From positions 1 to 49,266 of the forward strand of contig KZ538764.1 of the NCBI GenBank assembly GCA_000934665.2: a stretch of 49,266 bases of DNA, written 5' to 3'. The notes beneath the pieces are model-generated. The model saw only the letters and a list, made by a program, of their open reading frames with translations, was not told the DNA's origin and did no database searches. The stretch's first letter is position 1, and each line of letters starts with the position of its first letter. The translations under genes and the position numbers were made by a program. Below, piece by piece: positions 1 to 13,535 of the stretch. Origin of the DNA: Catajapyx aquilonaris (lineage: Eukaryota).

Positions 1-2224
1 CCCCCTCTTTCCAAAAAAAGGCCGCCGAGTGCTTCCCGAAATTGCAGAACTGCACCCTTTTCCTATTTTTTCCTTCTTTTTTTTCGGAAAAAAAAAGATA
101 GAAGGGGGTAGAGAGCGCGCCCGAGTGAGGAAAGAGACGAGATAGGCTTAGCACACACCGTCCGTCCGAGCCTATCACGTGATCCTTTTGCTGGCGGCTA
201 ATTTGTGATCCGTAATGGAAAAGACCACGGGGGATTGAATCCTCCACTCTAATTGGCTCTGTCACTCAAACCAATGGGCTTCTTTGTTTGTTCCCGCCCC
301 GGACTAATCGAATAATCCGTCTCTTTCTCTCTAGGGAGAAAAGGGAGAGAAGCCATTCCCCTACCCTCTAAACTTCCCTTCTTGCTCCTCCGCCTCCCTT
401 TGGACTAGTTCGCATCACCTAACCCTCCGCTCCGTGAAGATCACTCTTGTCGTCTCTAGTCCCAGCGGCCGGAGCCATTTGTTTAGCCCGAGTCGCTAAG
501 TCCAATTGGTTCACGGTCACTCGGACAAAAGGGGGGGAAACGCTGACCCGACTTGAAAGGGAGAAGCTGAGTGGTTCAGTTTGACAAAGATAACCTGACC
601 TAACCCAACTTGGGACAGTTTGGTGGGATACCACCCAGTTTCGAATATGATCCCCCGTCTCCAAGACGTATGAGAACATCAGGCCAAGTCCGGACCGAAC
701 TGATGTTATACCATACGGTAGTTGATGTCCGACCACGGCCTGACCGCACTCTTGACCGCCAACAGTTTCGGAACACTGACCTACCCCCATCCAATTTCTT
801 GGAAGCCCCCAACAAGTTCAGTAGGTCGGATTCCCACATGAGTCAACAAAGCTGCGTGTGTGAATATGCTCCATGTTTTTTCCCACATTGTCTGCTACGA
901 ACAATCCAACTCGCTTCCCAAATCAAGATCAGTTATTGAATTAATCGCTCCAGTTCTAACTTCCGCAATGTTTATCATCCCCCCCNGTACGGACATATAA
1001 AATTAGCAACCGAGCATATATGGCAACCCCGCTCTCTGGAACCAGTACAGGGGCCTTGGCCGGACGCGGAAACCTTCACAGAAAAACCCCTTGTACAATA
1101 GTCTTCCCCCTCCCATTTACCTGCTTCCAAACGTAAAACACCTCCGAGGGGGTCCAATAAGAGCCGGATCTTCAAACCAGTATAATTCTGCGCGCCCACT
1201 GCAGCTAAAACCATTCGATGTCAATATGAAGCGTTGGCAATTCCCACTCTTATCTCCCATTTTTTGCACTCCGCATTTAGTTATCGGGGCCTCCTAAAAT
1301 AACACCCGTGATTTATATATAACTCAGAAGAGGCCGCCATTTTTTTCCCCCGGCTTAACCTCGACTCAGCATGCGGATCAAGACATTACTGAAATGCACG
1401 TGATTTCTAGTTATCGCAACTCTATGTCGTAAAATATACCGGACACCTCCAAGGCTGCCAACTGCGTCTGGGAGCCTCCAGGCCCCTATTTTTTTGTACC
1501 AAGTCTGACAATCATCATGGGGTCATCCGAGACCTTAAAGCGGGCCCAGATGCGGAACACGTCATGTTTTGGATTAAATATCTTTGAATGGCGTCTCACA
1601 CGACATGGTGTGTAAAAAGTGGCTAACGTCGAACTTGCTGCGGCATTTTTTTTTTTCTTGGCTAGACTTGGAGGACAGAACGGTCCATTCGGCATCTACG
1701 GGGTACAGCACTCAAAAACCGGCGCCAACTTTGGCTATTCTTATTGGCAGCCTGGAGACCTATCATCGAAGTCGCCAAAAAAAACAAAAAAAAACGGTAC
1801 TAGCGCATGCGCTATCCGGAACCGCAGCACACAAAGAGTGACCAAGAAGAAAGATGCCCCCTCCATCACTTTTGAGTGGACTTGACCCCTCTCCCTCTTC
1901 TCCGCCTTATTGACAACCCACCAAAAGCGGGGAGACACAATACCGAAGACATTTGCTCCATTAGGGCTACATACACTGCGCAATGGACACCAGTGAGAAG
2001 AACGTCCGCAAATGCGCTATGGGAGAGTTTACATAGTTCGCATTTGCTATGCCCGTCAATAATAAAATTCGCATAATGCCCGGTGCGAATGTTGCACACA
2101 TAGCACAAGTACAATACCAGAGGCGGAAAAATGCTGTTTCGATTTCCATCAAATGCTGCTTGCTACCGCACTGGTTACGTGTATGATTCCAGTTTGTCAC
2201 CGAATATTTGGGGGGGGGGGGGGG

Positions 2225-2309
2225 NNNNNNNNNNNNNNNNNNNNNNNNNNNNNNNNNNNNNNNNNNNNNNNNNNNNNNNNNNNNNNNNNNNNNNNNNNNN
2301 NNNNNNNNN
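2225..2309. other. Assembly gap (N run) flanked by poly-G and poly-C
   Basis: direct reading. Confidence 0.99.
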
Positions 2310-2722
2310 CCCCCCCCCCCCCAATCTACCGGACAATTGATGCCTTACGACACCGCAGAATTTTCCAGAAACGCGGAACCGGCGCAGCAACACAAGTTTC
2401 ACGCGCAATGCTGGCAAGTATCGCATTCCTCCTCCTTTGTTGTCGCCTACAGGTATTGTCCCTTCGCCTACAGTCACGCGCAATCTCGAGTGTGCTCCAA
2501 ACAATGCTTCCCTATGAAAAACAATTACGCGTAATCGCAATCATGCATACATGCCACAAACCCCCTCGCATTTTGAAGGATTTCGATGGATCTGATCCAT
2601 AAGCGGACCCAGTAGGAAAAATCTGCCTCTTACCGCCAATTTTCCAGTCAAACGCGCTTTCATCTGCTTGAAAGTACCCGGCAATGCAAATCCTGAGGTA
2701 CGGTTCGATTGTTGGGGAAGGG

Positions 2723-3154
2723 GACGTCTTTCGCCAGTGTCCCTTCGTTCGCCAGTGTCCCTTCGTTCGCCAGTGTCCCTTCGTTCGACAGCGTCCCTTC
2801 GTTCGCCAGCGTCCCTTCGTTCGCCAGTGTCCCTTCGTTCGCCAGTGTCCCTTCGTTCGCCAGCGCTCCTTCCTTCGACAGGGTCAAATCTTGCGTTATC
2901 GTCCCATCTTCCGTTAGCGTCCCATCTTCCGATACCGCCCCATCGTTCAACACCGAGCCATCTTTGGACACCGACCCATGTTCCATATCCGTCCCATCTT
3001 CCGAATGCGTCCCATCTGCCCATACCTCCCCATCTTTCGGCACCGCCCCATGATCCATGTCCGTCCCATCCACCGACAGAGTCCCATCTTGGGGCACCGT
3101 TCCATCTTGGGACAACATCCCATCCTCCGATACCGTCCCATCCTCTGGCACCGT
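2723..3154. repeat. 18-bp period tandem array, 24 units (about 8 near-perfect CCCTTCGTTCGCCAGTGT units grading into diverged CCCATC-core units)
   Basis: 432 bp = 24x18 with no indels; long ORFs run through it on both strands. Confidence 0.9.
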
Positions 3155-6100
3155 CCGCGTCCATTCGTCCGTCAGTGTACCACGGAAAGTCCCCTCCAGC
3201 CATCCTTGCTCACTGGACTGTCTCAACTGACCCAACGCCGGTAGGTCTGACCAGAAGCCTTGAACGCAACGACTGACCTTTGGACTCGCTGAACTCTATA
3301 GCACAAATCAGGTGTCTCGCAGACTTCCAAATGACTTAACCCATCCGCATACGAAGATAACACAAGGGAGTCGGATTTCTCCTCGACTGATTCATTAATG
3401 CGAGTACTTTCAAGGTCCCTCAGAATTCTTGTTCTAACGCAAACTGCAATTGGGCAACATTGGTGGTCAATCCTGATAGGAAATAATTTTGTCTTATTTA
3501 TTGTACAATAACACTTCCATACTAATCATCAAGCCAGCAGCAAACCATTTCTGTCACATTGTTCTTGATATGAATGCGGACTCCAGGTGGTTTCCAAATG
3601 CACCCAACCTACACTTGTTACACCCTTCTATCGCTCCTGGATATAAGGTATTTGTGTACTCAACACGAACGTTGATTGACGTCACTTTTCCTAATAAAAC
3701 GGCTAAATCTCGGAAGCGCCCCGCAGCATTTTGGCTCGGCAATCAAAAAGGGGGTCGGATGAACACAATAATATTTCCACCGTCGGAAAACAATGGTAAA
3801 AGCGCAGCTGCTCGTTGAGGCTGCCGTAGTCGAACATCAATGACAGAATCGTATAATGACGGCAGTCAAGACCGAAAAAGGACGCCATCGCTAATTATAT
3901 GGAGCCAAAAAGACAAAAAGTATCATTTCGAAATGGAGTTAACTTACGCACTGTCTGAATAATATTTGAAAATGTGGTATCGACTTTTCGCTACAGCTCC
4001 CAAGGATCCTATTGCCATACCGGAAGACAGGCTACTCAATGTTTATTTTTCGCAGAAGGCCACTAAGGAACGGCAAAATGAGTACACCCATCCTTAATTC
4101 CAAAAGCTTACACGTCCAAGAATGCTGGCAAGCACATTTGTCCACGTCTACCAAAATAACTTCATTTTGAAGTAACCTCCCCGAAACCTATAGACTCTCC
4201 TCATTGACATACAGCAAATCAAAGTGACTATGCTAGCACGCAATATCCTATTCAATGGGCACAGGTAATGTGCACGTTGGGTAAATCCCGCCACGTTGCC
4301 AGATAACGCCTTTCTTTGATCTAGCGTTTGGGAGTACGACAATATATACCGAGGGGGCACTTGATATTATCTTTTTCAGCGGCTGATCACACAGCTTTTC
4401 TTCTGAATAAACCGGTTGCCTACCAACGCGTCTGAATGCACACATGGATTTTTTTTTTCTTTCTTTCTATCTCCAAAAAAACAGGTTGTTGCCATGGAAT
4501 AACCTAGCATATGCCGTGGACCAGGGCTTATCAGGTGCCCGCTCAGGGGTTTTAAAAATACAAAAACGGGATATGTTTCCACCTTTTCTACACTATAAAA
4601 GAGGGCTGGCGGCAGTGTTGAGGAATAACGGACCAATAATGGCCGCCCACTCACGCGTGAGCAAACCCTTGACGTGCGCCGTTGGAAATTAAGTACATGG
4701 ATTATCTTACAGGATGAACCTCGGCGGCATACATCCTTGAAGTTAGTTAACACCAGTTGGGAGACCTTTTCTGTGTCTCGGAGGATTGGAGTATGTGACA
4801 AATTTTTGGGCGATGAAGAAACTAATACTTACTACAGTAGATTAAATCGCTGAGAAAATATGGCAACATGGGGTGTAGATCTCGGATTATTTCCACATGG
4901 CCAAATCCTCATGGGCCTATACAGTGTGAGGAGGGGGTCCAAATTAGGATTCATGAACATGGGTTTTGCCTGGATTTCTCAACTGGCAATATTTGAGGAT
5001 TGAAGGCCATGGAGTATGACTCAACTTCTGCCTCCTTAGTAGCCCGAAGGATTACATGGCGCATTAATCACACCTATAAATGATCTACAAAGCCTAGTTA
5101 AAACGGTTCATATTCCCACCCAGAGTGTGGCTCACAATATTTAAGGCAACAATCACTTCAGACTGACACACAGCATTGCTCTGCATTATTCTCACAATTA
5201 TTTAGAAATGATGGAAAATTATTTCCATAACATGCCAATGGGATGCATAAAATGTTGCAGATTTTGCCTGAAGCACATTTATCATGAGTCATTCACCACC
5301 TCTACACTACTCATAATGCAGATAAGTTATGGAAAATCCACGGTGTAAATCAACACTTCAATTCCATTTCAGATCTCCATTAACTACAGTTTTGTGAAAC
5401 GACCCTCTCCCGTCATTCTGATTCAAAAATATACTGTATTAATTCTGTTTACTAGATACTCCAGATTTATTATCAAAGAAACATGAGGGCAGCTCATACA
5501 AGTATCGCACAGTGGCTGCGTTAAGTTATGAAAATTATGCAGTGACGTCAGTATCAGCAGGTCAGAAACTGTAAACAATTCATCGATTTATTAGGGGCAG
5601 AGTTTAATTTTTTACAATTAGCTGAATGTCAGGAGGTCAGTCTTTATCTCCCTCAGTAATTGAAGACCTCAGATATGAACCAACAGCACTTACTACTCCG
5701 CATATAGCGACCATTTTATGCGATCTTTACATCCCAAAGCAACAGATGTGAAACGGCATGCTTCGGAATTTTAACAATTGGTCCATATCACTACATTTTT
5801 GAACAGTCCAGCAAAAATTAACGATTGCCACATGGTTTATCACACTTATTGAACTTGGATGAGACAATGGACAATTCACAATAATTATTTTTCCTTTTAT
5901 TATTTGTAAATTTGTTATTATATTGTATATTTAGGAATGACTCAGGACCCATTCTTCATGCCGTAACTCTCCAAATAATGACACAAAAGGTTCCCGGACA
6001 TCACTTCATGTGGTACAGTACTTTTGTAACCCCAAGTTGACTGAAGCACGTTAAAAATCAGTAACATTGCACAAAATGACGTCGAAATTTTAGTTTGAAA

Positions 6101-6224
6101 ACATTCACCGTTTGACACTTTTTAATTGGCATATTTTGAAAATCTTACCACACCAGTTGTAAAACCCGAAAATTACGTATATAAAATACCGTACTGCATT
6201 TATTCCCATATTCCCCAAAACCCC

Positions 6225-6376
6225 GGTGTCCCAGTAGTGGTTAGCACCTCTGAAGTCCCGAGTTCAGTCTCCGGGTTTGACGGAAAATTTTCTCACGTGG
6301 AAAGAGTTTCAATAAATTCTCTCCGTGTTCGCCTGAGTCTTTTCGGGGTTCTCCGTTGTCCTCCCACAATAAAAAT
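6225..6376 (+). mobile_element. Degenerate tRNA-derived SINE fragment with V-SINE-like core
   Basis: A/B-box-like cagtagtggttagc and gagttcagtctcc, followed by tctccgtgttcgcctgagtcttttcggggttctccgttgtcctcccaca, which resembles the recalled V-domain consensus. Confidence 0.5.
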
Positions 6377-9300
6377 CTCACAGCAGCTATTGAATAAAAG
6401 GATCAACCAGTAAGCAATTCCCATACTGCCCGAAATGTGCGCGCACCTCGCGGCTAAAAATTCAACGATTCAACTTCATCAACACATAATCTGATATCAT
6501 AAATGCTATCACATTACTCTCTCACAATTTCTGTCAATCTGAACACTCGCGCGTACGTTCCAACATATTCTATGGGCAGATAGCTTTTTTATATGTATAA
6601 CTTTGAACAGTACGTACACACGATCCGTTCATACCATACACAAGTGTTAAACATAATTACGACACAACCGCATCCCCAAAAAATGGTAATAAACAATTCA
6701 ACAAGCCCACTGATCAATAGGCATCTTTCGCCCCGTAAAAACTCGGAGATTTTTACACCTGTTATGTTTCTATCGAGCTTATTAGCCATTCTATACAGTA
6801 TCGCACAACTGCGTATCACACAAGGTCAAGGCATGTTCCTGCCACGCAGATTTCAACTTTTTTTATATATTACACGCGTTATGCCTGCTGGTCACTAACT
6901 CTTGGTGCACCCGGTAGTCAACCTTCAGTTACGCCATCCAGAAGCGCTTTTCCCAAAAACCCGCCTACGCCAACCACTTGATGTGCATTATTCAATGCTG
7001 TTAGTGTGAAATAAATCCGGAAAATTGCAACTTCAAAACCCGGAAATTGATATTTTGACATAATTTTTTTTTTACTAAAGTACCTTACACCCGGATTACA
7101 CCTAACTGTCGACGCCGGGTTCCTTCTTGCTTGACGCCAATTTTTACTCATCCTCCTCTTTTGCCGTCAGACATTTCAATAACAAAGCCGGCAATACACA
7201 AAGTATAAATACCTACTCCTTATGGAAATGTGCCAGGTGCGGGAGTTCTCTTATAAACCAAATTTACATACCCAATGCGAGTCAAACGAGAGGGAAGCGA
7301 GTGGGGGAGGGGTGCAGCAAGGGTGGGCGGGGAAGGGTGGGGGCCAGAAAAATTCGCTAGGACCAGTTTTATCGGCCGGACTTTTCGCTAATCTTGGTTG
7401 CCGTGTTTGACGGATTTTGCTCCGTTTAAGTCAGGTAATCCCTCGACAAGTAAATAAAGGTTTAAGTATCGATCGACTTGGCAATTCATTTGGCATAGTA
7501 ACTCGAGCAGGCTGGTTACTTACTGCATATTTTCACCTCCAGTCCAAATACGAACGATCTCTAAAGGACTATTAAAAACTTCGAGTACCGGAAGTGTACA
7601 AAATTGTAGAAATATGATCGCCAATTAGAGGATCGGTGGAAATTGTGACGATTGATTTTTTTGTTATCTTGGAATAACAAATTTAATACTAATATAACGT
7701 CACATGTTCAATATTATTGACATTTTTTCAGTGCTCAATATGAATCATCGAGAATCAAGATACCGTAGCCGTTAAGTTTTTATTGTAAACGTATGTTATC
7801 GATACGTAGGATTCAACAATGCAAAATATGCATTTACAATAATTGTTGGCCGGATTGAGAAAAATTCAGTGTCCAAGTTGCCTGTAATTATGGTGAGCCC
7901 AAAGGGATTAGCAACCTCGGAACATTCAGAAAAAATAAGCGCTGTTGCCAAAACAGGCCCAGGAAAACCCCATCTAGGGATGACATGTTCCTGCTTACAG
8001 AATAGACAAGATTCCATACCGAAGAGTCTGCTACAGGTCGGTTTCACTGTAATATTACTTGAGCAGATGACTGATGCTTTGATTTGCGCACCAAGATTTT
8101 TGCATTGTGCCGTACCCGTGAGTGCGTGTAATGCAACTATTCAAATCAAAAGAGTCGTAAAATGGATATGATAGGTGCCAAGTTATAATCGAGATTATAA
8201 TCGCATACGACCCGATATCTCGGAAACGAAGCACTCAGACTCTCGCCCATTACGACATCGAAGGGGAAAATGCTAAGTTTATCTAGTCAGGCAAGGTGTG
8301 ATTTCAGCAATCATTAAAATTCAACGCTTGTGGATTTAGCCCACATATCACGAGTAATTTAAGCTCGTTTACTACTTTTGATCGAAACAATCTATTTTAG
8401 AAATTGGTAATATTTAAAGTGGGGATAAGTAAGTCTACAAACAATGGCACAGTGTATTGTACCATGTCATGCCCACCCTTCCTAAAACGTGTTCTTATAA
8501 TGTTGGATCTTACACTATATCTGGGGCGATGTTATCAACCATGAGTCATCAAGCACATGCATTTTACCTGATAAAAAGCCGTTGGTAACTCCATTCCCTC
8601 CATACACTTAACTAGTTCTCAAAAAAAATACTTTCCATAAGCTGGGAATTATTCATCGAAATCGTCGATTTTAAGTCAAGAAATAAAATCCACACTTTTC
8701 CGCACATGTTAATCACTTCACAGCGTGGGAAAATTTCCCATTCTTCCTCTCTCCCCAACATATTTTTTTTCACCTATATACCACTGGATGTGATCCAGGT
8801 CCATCATTACACCAAGGCACAGAACAATAACCACAAAAATACCGCGTCTCTATTTTTAAAAAACCAGCCAAATGTGTCAAAATATTTCTTCAGTATGGCA
8901 CTTAGCACTCTGTCCAACTGCAATATTATCTATAGCTGGTGACAGCCTACTAGCGGGTTTAACTAGCAAAAAATCTGCAGGGAAAGTGATCCCCAAAAAA
9001 TGTCAACTCAACTTCCGATCCCCCTTCTCCACACCCCACCCTCCCAACGACGGGGTCCCCCATTCGCGGGGACGGGGCACTGACGCAGTGCACAAAACCC
9101 TCCCGAACTGTGGTTCAAATCCCAAAGCTCTTCTCATATGGTGTACTTATCGGTTTCTCGGTTACTCATCCGCCAAAAGCTATTTCACGTAGGTTAGGTC
9201 TGGTCGACGACCACCCCAAACGTCTTACAAACTCCGCATATTCTGTCGGTACCGCGATGCATGGAATATACGTCACAGTTTCTATTTAAATGTTACATGC

Positions 9301-10102
9301 GGTACATTTATACCACATCATTTCTGTCGAATGCAATAATTCGAATGACTGTAATAACCCAACAGTACAGTACAGTACCGTCATCCGCATACGTCATAAC
9401 ACCCGTCACCTGATGTCTCCTGATACATGTCAATACGTCCGCGAATACTATGTTGATTGTCTCATCATTTAGTTCTAATTATCGGTGTGTCGAGAGTCTA
9501 CCCCCGCCAACAAAACCTCTTCGGTCACAACGTAAGCCAACTTGTCATCAAAATAACGGCTCTTTATCGGCAACCAATAACAAAAATAATCCAGTGCTAA
9601 GTCATTACTTGCAGCTCGTTTGCAGGCGAACAGCTGGTGCTATGAGCTTGCCCTTGACCATAAAAATCTGCGTAGACTGCTAATCACTCTTACGTTAAGA
9701 CCGACTCATTACGCGCGCATTCCGACATTCAATACTCTATAAACACGCGGGAAAATGTCCACTACTGTACTCCTAGCCTCAATGGATTTCTAATCAGCGA
9801 CCTTTACCCCCAGAATCTCCTCTTCCCTTGCACCCCCATCACTTTAGATACAATGTTGTACTATCGCTATTTTCGACTTTTCTGACCCAGCTTTTCGACT
9901 CCTCCACAGGTATTACTATACTGTACTGTAATGAACCTTCAGGGCATGAGGCCGTCACACCCCGTCACGCTAACCTTAACTCCACCAATATGACGTACAT
10001 TATATCCAACCCACTTTTGACACCCTCCTTCTTAAAAAAAAACAGCTAAAAATAGCTAAGATGGCTCCCAGTCCTTACCACCGAAACGGACCCCCCCCCC
10101 CC

Positions 10103-10336
10103 NNNNNNNNNNNNNNNNNNNNNNNNNNNNNNNNNNNNNNNNNNNNNNNNNNNNNNNNNNNNNNNNNNNNNNNNNNNNNNNNNNNNNNNNNNNNNNNNNN
10201 NNNNNNNNNNNNNNNNNNNNNNNNNNNNNNNNNNNNNNNNNNNNNNNNNNNNNNNNNNNNNNNNNNNNNNNNNNNNNNNNNNNNNNNNNNNNNNNNNNNN
10301 NNNNNNNNNNNNNNNNNNNNNNNNNNNNNNNNNNNN
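10103..10336. other. Assembly gap (N run) after poly-C
   Basis: direct reading. Confidence 0.99.
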
Positions 10337-11709
10337 TGGATCCTAAATAAATTTTCCGCGCAATCCACTGTAGACGGATCCGCTGGCACAAGAGATATGC
10401 AAAATGCATGAAGGAAGAGAGAAGGGGGGGGGGGGTATGGTGGGAGGAAGAGGGGGGGGGGAGGTAGCGACGTCGTCTCATTATTTCATCATAAGCGCAC
10501 TTCGCTACGGGCCTGTTTTGCATGTTGCCAGATGGCCTGGATTGACAGTGGGGGAGTAGGGGGAAAGCGGAGGGGGGGGGGGTATCTCCTCTCTCTCACG
10601 GTGTCAAATGAGGTTCGCAAGAGTGGCAAGATTTGCCCGCCCTCCACCCCCTCCTCCGCCCCCGAAAAATTGAGGGTAATTAGATTTTTGGGCGAGAAAA
10701 TTGTCTAATTGGGAAAGAGCGCTTGAAGCAAGACTTCCGGAAACTGAGGGCTCATTAACCTCGGTATTTCATCACTCAAAAAATGATCCGGGGGTCCTAC
10801 TAACTAACGGATCTGATCCCCGCCTCGTCTGTTCACACGGCCATTCCGATCGAGGGAAGCGCATCAAAGTGGGCACAAGTAACCCAATGTACTGGACGGT
10901 TGAAACTTCCCACCCCCAAAAAAATCGACCACTGCCCTGCTGCCCTCTGAGGGCCACGTGACAACTAGTTGATCGCCAAAAAGTTCGCCCACAGATGGCA
11001 GGCCGGTAGTGTAGCCAATCAGAGAACCGAGATTACTAGAGATGATCAACATTAGATTGGTAGTCAGTGATCGAGTGTCGGGTGGCACCTAGGCCCACAG
11101 AGGGCAGGCGGGTAATGGAGCCAATCCAAAGCTGGTGTTTGCTGTATGTGATAAGGATCAGTGAACTGGGCGCTGCTGCGGGCATTCAAAAGACCGGCTG
11201 GAACAGGACATGCTGGAAGAATCGTCACTTTCGCAGATCGGACCAAGCTGACCACTACGAGCTCATTTTTTTTTGCAATAAAACCGGTTTTACGTATATC
11301 CACCATTTTTAACACGTTGAATATTGTCGCATGTTTCCTTCATCACACACATTTGAACCACCGCAAGCTGACATCTAACCTCAGGAATAATACCTTCTCT
11401 GTTTTGTTACGACAAGCACACTTACTGGTTACGACGGATTCCAGTCTGGGATTATGTGGGTCAAGTTGCACAGCCAATAGCGGACCACGCGGTGATTAAC
11501 ATGATGTCGCTTTTCAAATGAATCCCTGTCTCGATTTACGTGGACCGTCTCGAAGTTACGGCAGGTGCCTTTAGCCAACAGCCTGCCGTAAACCCTCGGC
11601 ACTAACCAATGTGACACGTATCGTTAATTTAAAAACATCCCAACATCAACAGTGTACGCACAATTTACCCTACACAGTGCAATACCGCCTCTCCGCTTTT
11701 CTGGACACC

Positions 11710-11710
<1 letters not shown>

Positions 11711-11767
<57 letters not shown>
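11711..11767. repeat. (ATT)19 microsatellite
   Basis: direct reading. Confidence 0.98.
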
Positions 11768-11768
<1 letters not shown>

Positions 11769-12930
11769 GCACTTAACTCTGCCTGTCCTTACCATCAGCT
11801 GCGCGTGGGACCTTCAAATTTTCGCCTTTGCAAAAACTAGCAGCTATCGTCCTTGGGCGCAAATTTTTCTTCAAATACAGCGTACTTTCTAATCAAACAC
11901 GTACCAATATATTAGCATCAGCCCAACCTTGTTTTCTGTCCATATATTGAATTCTTCCTCTGCACTATTATGCCCTTCCCTCCTTAATCTGATTCTAGAA
12001 GTGTGGATTATCTGACTATGCCCCCTTTCAATTTTGATCCCCTAGTAGCCCGCCTAGTAGACACCACCAGGGCCTCTTGTTTACGACTCTTGCCCTCTTT
12101 TCCTTTTTTTTACGATCTTCCTCGTTTGTTATTTTCCCCTCACGTTTATTTAGTTTTCTCGCCCATCCTTTCCCTCCCCATACTACCCGTGCACCCCTCT
12201 TTCAGTGGCACCGGAACGGTCACGACACAATTCGCTAACGGCATCAACTGTACTTCCTTTGTTCATCGCAAAAATATTCTCCCTCCCCCCTTCACTCCAG
12301 CCAATCAGTCGCATTTATCCACTGTCCAGATTATGTACCTGGTCCAGTCCCTCGAATTGGAAAAAAAAAAATTAGTCCGGCAAAACGCACGCGAAATAAT
12401 CTGGCAAAAATAATAATAATACGACCGTTGAGGCGGGAGCACCCCGCTTCCCACCATACCCATACCCCCCCCCCCTCCCCCACTCTTGGCGTTTTGCCAA
12501 ATATGCCATGGCGAATTCTGAAATTTTGTCCGGCCTGCCTGCAAACAAGCGCCGCATCAATTTCGCCAACCTTTTATTTTTGCAACATGCGGATGGACGG
12601 ATGGCCGCACGTGTTGTCCGCTATTCCGACTAAATTACCCTCGTTTCGCAAACTCCATTTGTCGTTTTTTGTTGTTTTTTTTGGATGGGGCCGAGGTGGG
12701 GAGTCGTACCTCCGGGTTCAGAAAACAAATCGGCAAGCCTGCTAATTACATGTGGGGGGTGGGGAGGGGGGGGGGGTAGCCAGTTCCGAAAAACTTGGGC
12801 AACACCCCTCCCACCCCCTCCAACAATTTTTTTTTTTTTGCGAATTCCCTTTTTTGCACCAATAGAATCTTCCCCAAAAAATGAAAAAAAAGGTCGTTAG
12901 TAAGAATATATATATATAAAAAAGACGCCG

Positions 12931-13535
12931 CACGTGTCCCTCGCCACCTGCGCCAAACGGCGGGAAAAATATATCACCTGACGAAGGAAAATTTCTGTCC
13001 CCAACTTTTTGGGAGGGAAACTTACCCCAACACCCCCACCCCGGGGGTACCCTGCTCACACATACACCCAACCCACCGAACATCCTGCTCGGTGATGGAT
13101 TATCAAGCAAGAAAATGAGGTGAACTTACCCAATGCTGCTGTGTTACTTCCGTCGCTTCGCCCACAGTTGCTTCCAGCCCCTATGAAAAATATTAGTTAT
13201 AAATATAACCAGAATATTTGTAAAATTTAGTGTTTTTTTTTTAAATTGGGGTGGGGGGGGGTTATTGCCAGTCCCCCCCCTTCCAAAAAAAAAGGGGGGG
13301 GGGGTCCAAAAAATCGTAGGTTCGGCGCGGGCACGTGTCGAGTCCAAGGTGAGTAGTTCGCTCACCTGGCCGCCAATTAGCCAATCAAAGGAGGCCAAGG
13401 GAAAGCCAGACACCTGCCCTCCCTCTCCCCCACCGCCTCCTCCGCCCCACACCCCTTCCTTCTCGCCATCCCCCCAACATCACCTCCCTCCCCCGTCTCT
13501 CTCCGCGCGCACCTGCCTGATTCCCAGCCAATCGG
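12931..13535. promoter_or_regulatory. Candidate intragenic regulatory region: E-box and CCAAT cluster
   Basis: CACCTG at 12945, 12975, 13363, 13411 and 13510; CACGTG at 12931 and 13332; CCAAT at ~13373, 13381 and ~13528. Confidence 0.4.
13130..13180 (-). CDS. da: daughterless coding exon 5 ([17 protein letters not shown])
   Basis: acceptor atttttcatag, donor TGG|GTAAGT; 51 nt, open in phase 0. Confidence 0.78.

Noticed and set aside
1449..1756. hAT-like MITE from the GGCTGCCAA inverted pair
   Set aside because: Very short imperfect inverted repeat and no TSD.
2723..3154. CRISPR-like array
   Set aside because: Head-to-tail 18-bp units without unique spacers, eukaryotic context, no cas genes.
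10056..10523. HEBAlt-like alternative exon (CAY motif)
   Set aside because: Only a three-residue coincidence; the ORF runs into an N gap with no supporting donor.
11611..11892. Poly-Tyr/poly-Leu ORFs (and YI-repeat ORFs at 23301-23527)
   Set aside because: Translations of (ATT)n and (TA)n microsatellites.
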